Origin: Thermoplasmata archaeon
GTDB lineage: Archaea; Thermoplasmatota; Thermoplasmata; RBG-16-68-12; JAFNFQ01
Direction of reading: 5' to 3'
DNA length: 59,016 nucleotides
NCBI GenBank assembly: GCA_041489255.1
Contig: JBGPQV010000019.1
Span: 1-59,016 of the forward strand
In this document: positions 57,001 through 59,016 of the stretch, one piece after another
Layout of the letters: the number at the start of each line of letters is the position of its first letter
Numbering within the stretch: the stretch's first letter is position 1
Notes under the pieces: generated by a model
Databases searched by the model: none
The model's input: only the letters and a program-made list of their open reading frames with translations
Told to the model about the DNA's origin: nothing
Made by a program: the position numbers and the translations under genes

Positions 57001-58516
57001 CCCGCCATTTGAACTCGTACATCCTCCCTATCGACCGGTCAAATGTAGTCTTGCTCCCGATTCCCGCCTGATTCCACGTATTGGTGCCTATGACCGTCAG
57101 GATGCCATTCGACACCGTTATCGTGCCGCCTGCTGTCTTGTCCCACTTGCCGGTGTTCAGGGAATTCCCAAGGAAGTCATCGTGGAACATGAAAGTGCTA
57201 TCGCCATTGCTCAAAGACGAGGCATCTGGGTTTCCGTAATAAATGTAGATGAGCTGGTTAGACGAACTGAGATTGGCGGAGACCTTGACCCAGAACGCGC
57301 CGGTCGATTTCTCGTTCAGGGCCTGGGATATGTCAGGATTCACTGCCAATCCTTCCCTCCAAACTGTCCCTTTCTGCCCTGCATAATACATCCATAGCTG
57401 GTTGTCAGATGATGTGAACGTGCTTCGAGTGATATCATCGGTCATGATCCATGGAGTGTCGATGTCCTGACTGTCCCATCCTGCCGGAGAGTACCTGAGT
57501 GCATAACCTATGAACGTCCTGTCGGCTGGATAGAATGTCGGACTTACGTCTCTATAGACTTCTATCTGGGTGTAGTCCGGCGTGGCCGTATAATGGGGGA
57601 CGAAGGCATAGTAGTAGCCCCCTGTCTTGATGGAATATGCGCAGAACCTCATGTTTCGGAAAATGGGATTCTTACTGTCCTTGGTCCATGTCGTGAGATC
57701 GGTGGATGTGGCCAGCCCCACCCCTCGCTCTACCAAGTAAGTGGGGATGCTGTACCATAGATAGTAAGTGCTGCTGACTTTGATTATTCCCCAGGGTTCA
57801 ATACCTGATGCGTCCCATTCGCCTGCGGTTCCTGCTAGGACTGGGTTGAAACCGCTCTTTGTCCAAGTCACCCCGTCACTTGATGTCGCGAGTCCTATCT
57901 TGAATGGGGGACCCCCGAGATAGAGCATGTACCATGTCGAACCTTCCTTCCATGTCGAAGGGACATCGACAAAGCCGCTGTCCCATTGGCCGGCCGAGAC
58001 ATTCAGGACGGGATTGTTGGCAGTATCCTTGGTCCATGCCTTACCATCGGGACTCGTGGCGTGGCCAATCACCGTTATGCCGTGTGAGGGCATGTCGTAG
58101 GAGAAGTACATGTGATAGGTGTCGCCGACTTTGAACGCACTGGCGAATGTCGATTTGCCCTGGCTCCCTGTATTGTTCAGGATGGGATTTGCAGAGTATT
58201 TCGTGAGTTCTATGAGTTCCAATCCTTCAAGCCAATAATTCAACTTGGTCGTCCCGTCACTCGAGGTGAAGCGAACATCGCTCAAATCTGATTCCGCTTT
58301 GCCGCTCAGGTACGCATTCTCCTGCCAGTCCGTCCCGTCAACATTATGCAGCCTCAATCTTACTTGATAGTCCGTCCCAGCCCCCGCCGATGAGTTGATT
58401 ATGTGACTTTTACGATAGTTCCAGCCCGATAGCCAGCCAGCAGCGGTGCTCGTTTGCGGCATGATGACGAAAGTCAGAACTAGCATGACCACAACCAACA
58501 GAGTCAATTTCTTCAA
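54041..58516 (-). CDS. Secreted DUF2341-domain protein with nested glycosidase-like five-bladed beta-propeller and 8 PKD-like repeats
   Basis: TTG 58516 after GGAGGT. Signal peptide, WLSGWNYRK, DVRFT...LNYWLE / FWVKV...IYIYYGNP...FHDDF. Propeller blades IGHATSPDG..W.K...NPVL. Repeats NxPPxTPSxPxGP...ATDPDND.V...FD.GDG. Confidence 0.88.
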   Translation of the reverse strand: MKKLTLLVVVMLVLTFVIMPQTSTAAGWLSGWNYRKSHIINSSAGAGTDYQVRLRLHNVDGTDWQENAYLSGKAESDLSDVRFTSSDGTTKLNYWLEGLELIELTKYSANPILNNTGSQGKSTFASAFKVGDTYHMYFSYDMPSHGITVIGHATSPDGKAWTKDTANNPVLNVSAGQWDSGFVDVPSTWKEGSTWYMLYLGGPPFKIGLATSSDGVTWTKSGFNPVLAGTAGEWDASGIEPWGIIKVSSTYYLWYSIPTYLVERGVGLATSTDLTTWTKDSKNPIFRNMRFCAYSIKTGGYYYAFVPHYTATPDYTQIEVYRDVSPTFYPADRTFIGYALRYSPAGWDSQDIDTPWIMTDDITRSTFTSSDNQLWMYYAGQKGTVWREGLAVNPDISQALNEKSTGAFWVKVSANLSSSNQLIYIYYGNPDASSLSNGDSTFMFHDDFLGNSLNTGKWDKTAGGTITVSNGILTVIGTNTWNQAGIGSKTTFDRSIGRMYEFKWRGRANTGSNHNSLFGYGPFPLNYANGYYFYMSSWGSPNSQWRECVNGAEGYYNSVYVRNTWVDARTFLKASSGYTAWVDSVKEKNATSFSNAGQKVVIQSQQSSEAVDVDWVLVRKYVTSEPAQGSWGSEELFNQPPDTPSVPSGPASGYQNTTYSYASSATDPDNDDVKIKFDYGDATQWESGYVPSGETVSHDHIWNQTGSFCVKVKARDEHGATSGWSACLTVTIANRNPETPSTPTGPSAGYHNVSYGFNSSATDPDNNKVRLRFDWGDSATSDSSFVDSGTNVQLWHSWSSTGTMCVKTRATDILGGQSGWSSCHYIELENRAPNTSSTPSGPTSGYRNVTYDFNSSGTDPDNDWVKLNFSWGDGSNTWTNLAPSGTGLQKVHSWANTGSYCVKTMAMDSYGVASAWSSCHDISIGNQLPNTPSVPSGPTSGYQNTSYTYNSSATDPDNDQVKITVSYGDGNQWESGFVDSGTNVSHSHSWSSVGTFCIKAMATDTTNGTSGWSACRDLTIANRPPDTPSVPIGPTSGYQNTSYTFNSSADDPDDNRVKVKFDYGDGSTWESGFVNPESNISHAHSFASVGSFCEKAKATDALGASSGWSACLTIDITNRPPGNANTPSGPDSGYRMKPYGFNSSATDPDNNQVKIKFDYGDGSTWESGFVDSGAIVSHSHSWSSAGTYCVKAIATDILGATSNWSSCHMITITNRKPDIPSMPTGPSSGYHNVSYAFNSSATDPDDDMIKLTFDWGDGQTDDSEWVDPGANVQMSHAWTGTGTFCVKARATDIVGAQSDWSDCPVDIRNRPPNTPSMPTGPESGYANTSYAYNSSASDPDNDWVMIKFDWGDGSQSQSSWMPSGTNAHLSHNWTIAGTYCIKTIAMDSFGDISGWSSCLMVNIIYSSSDAPPDPSSPDSGYQNAAYTAGSSVVNTNSEQTRIAFDYPDESAWVSGQVDHGRIMGHDHRSSTSMNSFFMKAMAANALEGTLS

Positions 58517-58876
58517 TTCCCCATACCTCCCAGACCGATTGCCACCTTCAGGTGAGGAGCGCCTAGGGGCGCTAAATGATGTAGAAGGATATAGCGGTTT
58601 CGCATTATCGGACGTTGTCAAAAACCTAGGGATATTCGGGCTGAGACCTAATCTCAGCGAATGATCGTTCTCCATATGTGTAGGGCGGTCGATACGATTC
58701 CTGGCAGTTCTCATCCCTGAAGATTTGACAACGCCCCCGCGCACGATACCCTTTTCCCTCAGGAGGCCTATAAGGCCGCCAGTCCCATCCTCTTCCTACG
58801 TGTTTGGTCCCAAACCCATACCGGAGAGCGAGGGGCTTTCCTTCAGCTATGTCGACAGCACCGGCCTTCGCCGGAC

Positions 58877-59016
58877 TGTCAAATCCCATAATCACTTTCT
58901 TGGAGAGACCGCAATACCCCCCATGCCTAGGCTGGCGCAGGGGCAGGTCGCACGGATAATAGACGCGATGGAAGACGGGGTCAAGTCTGTGTACTCGATC
59001 GCCAAGAAGTGGGACA
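58877..59016 (+). mobile_element. Left end of an IS481-like insertion sequence (truncated by window)
   Basis: TGT-starting end TGTCAAATCCCATAATCACTTT, followed by a transposase-like HTH N-terminus. Confidence 0.6.
58923..59016 (+). CDS. Putative IS481-family transposase, N-terminal fragment
   Basis: MPRLAQGQVARIIDAMEDGVKSVYSIAKKWD..., which resembles the N-terminal HTH of archaeal IS481-type transposases (..II...E.G..SVY.IAK). Confidence 0.6.
   Translation, partial: MPRLAQGQVARIIDAMEDGVKSVYSIAKKWD

Noticed and set aside
1645-58895. Numerous alternative-frame and antisense ORFs inside the large genes (e.g. 3473..4693, 13974..15353, 26804..28129, 36530..37690, 41801..42871)
   Set aside because: Shadow ORFs expected from high-GC3 codon usage; Arg/Gly/Pro-rich with no domains.

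Overview
GC-rich archaeal chromosomal fragment, most consistent with Thermoplasmatota/Thermoplasmata. The assignment is inferred from the mcm-DUF424-NMD3 cluster, an FmdE-family gene, a single-domain KaiC/RAD55 ATPase, an archaeal type IV pilus-like locus and TATA/BRE promoters. About two thirds of the window encodes very large secreted or surface proteins: two paralogous Kelch + 7x Ig(Big_5) proteins, two membrane-anchored Ig/FN3 proteins, two paralogous beta-helix + 10x FN3 proteins, a multidomain S8 protease, a SpaA/prealbumin-fold protein and a DUF2341/propeller/PKD protein. MCM carries a 535-aa LAGLIDADG intein and has a perfect mini-ORB upstream. The right end (about 47.6-59 kb) looks accessory. 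It holds three tandem DUF6266-like genes (one frameshifted) with a palindrome and an 11-bp tandem array, lower-GC surface-protein genes, and the left end of an IS481-like element. The most notable unexplained items are: (i) a twin-repeat C-terminal domain shared by three secreted proteins that lack a membrane anchor, two of them encoded just upstream of membrane-anchored partners (candidate surface sorting/docking system); (ii) a 21-bp-period array of covarying palindromes next to a structured, terminator-ended non-coding region at 0.68-1.5 kb; (iii) the DUF6266-like cassette. No rRNA, tRNA, CRISPR array or reverse transcriptase was seen. All family assignments come from motif recognition by eye, not database searches.
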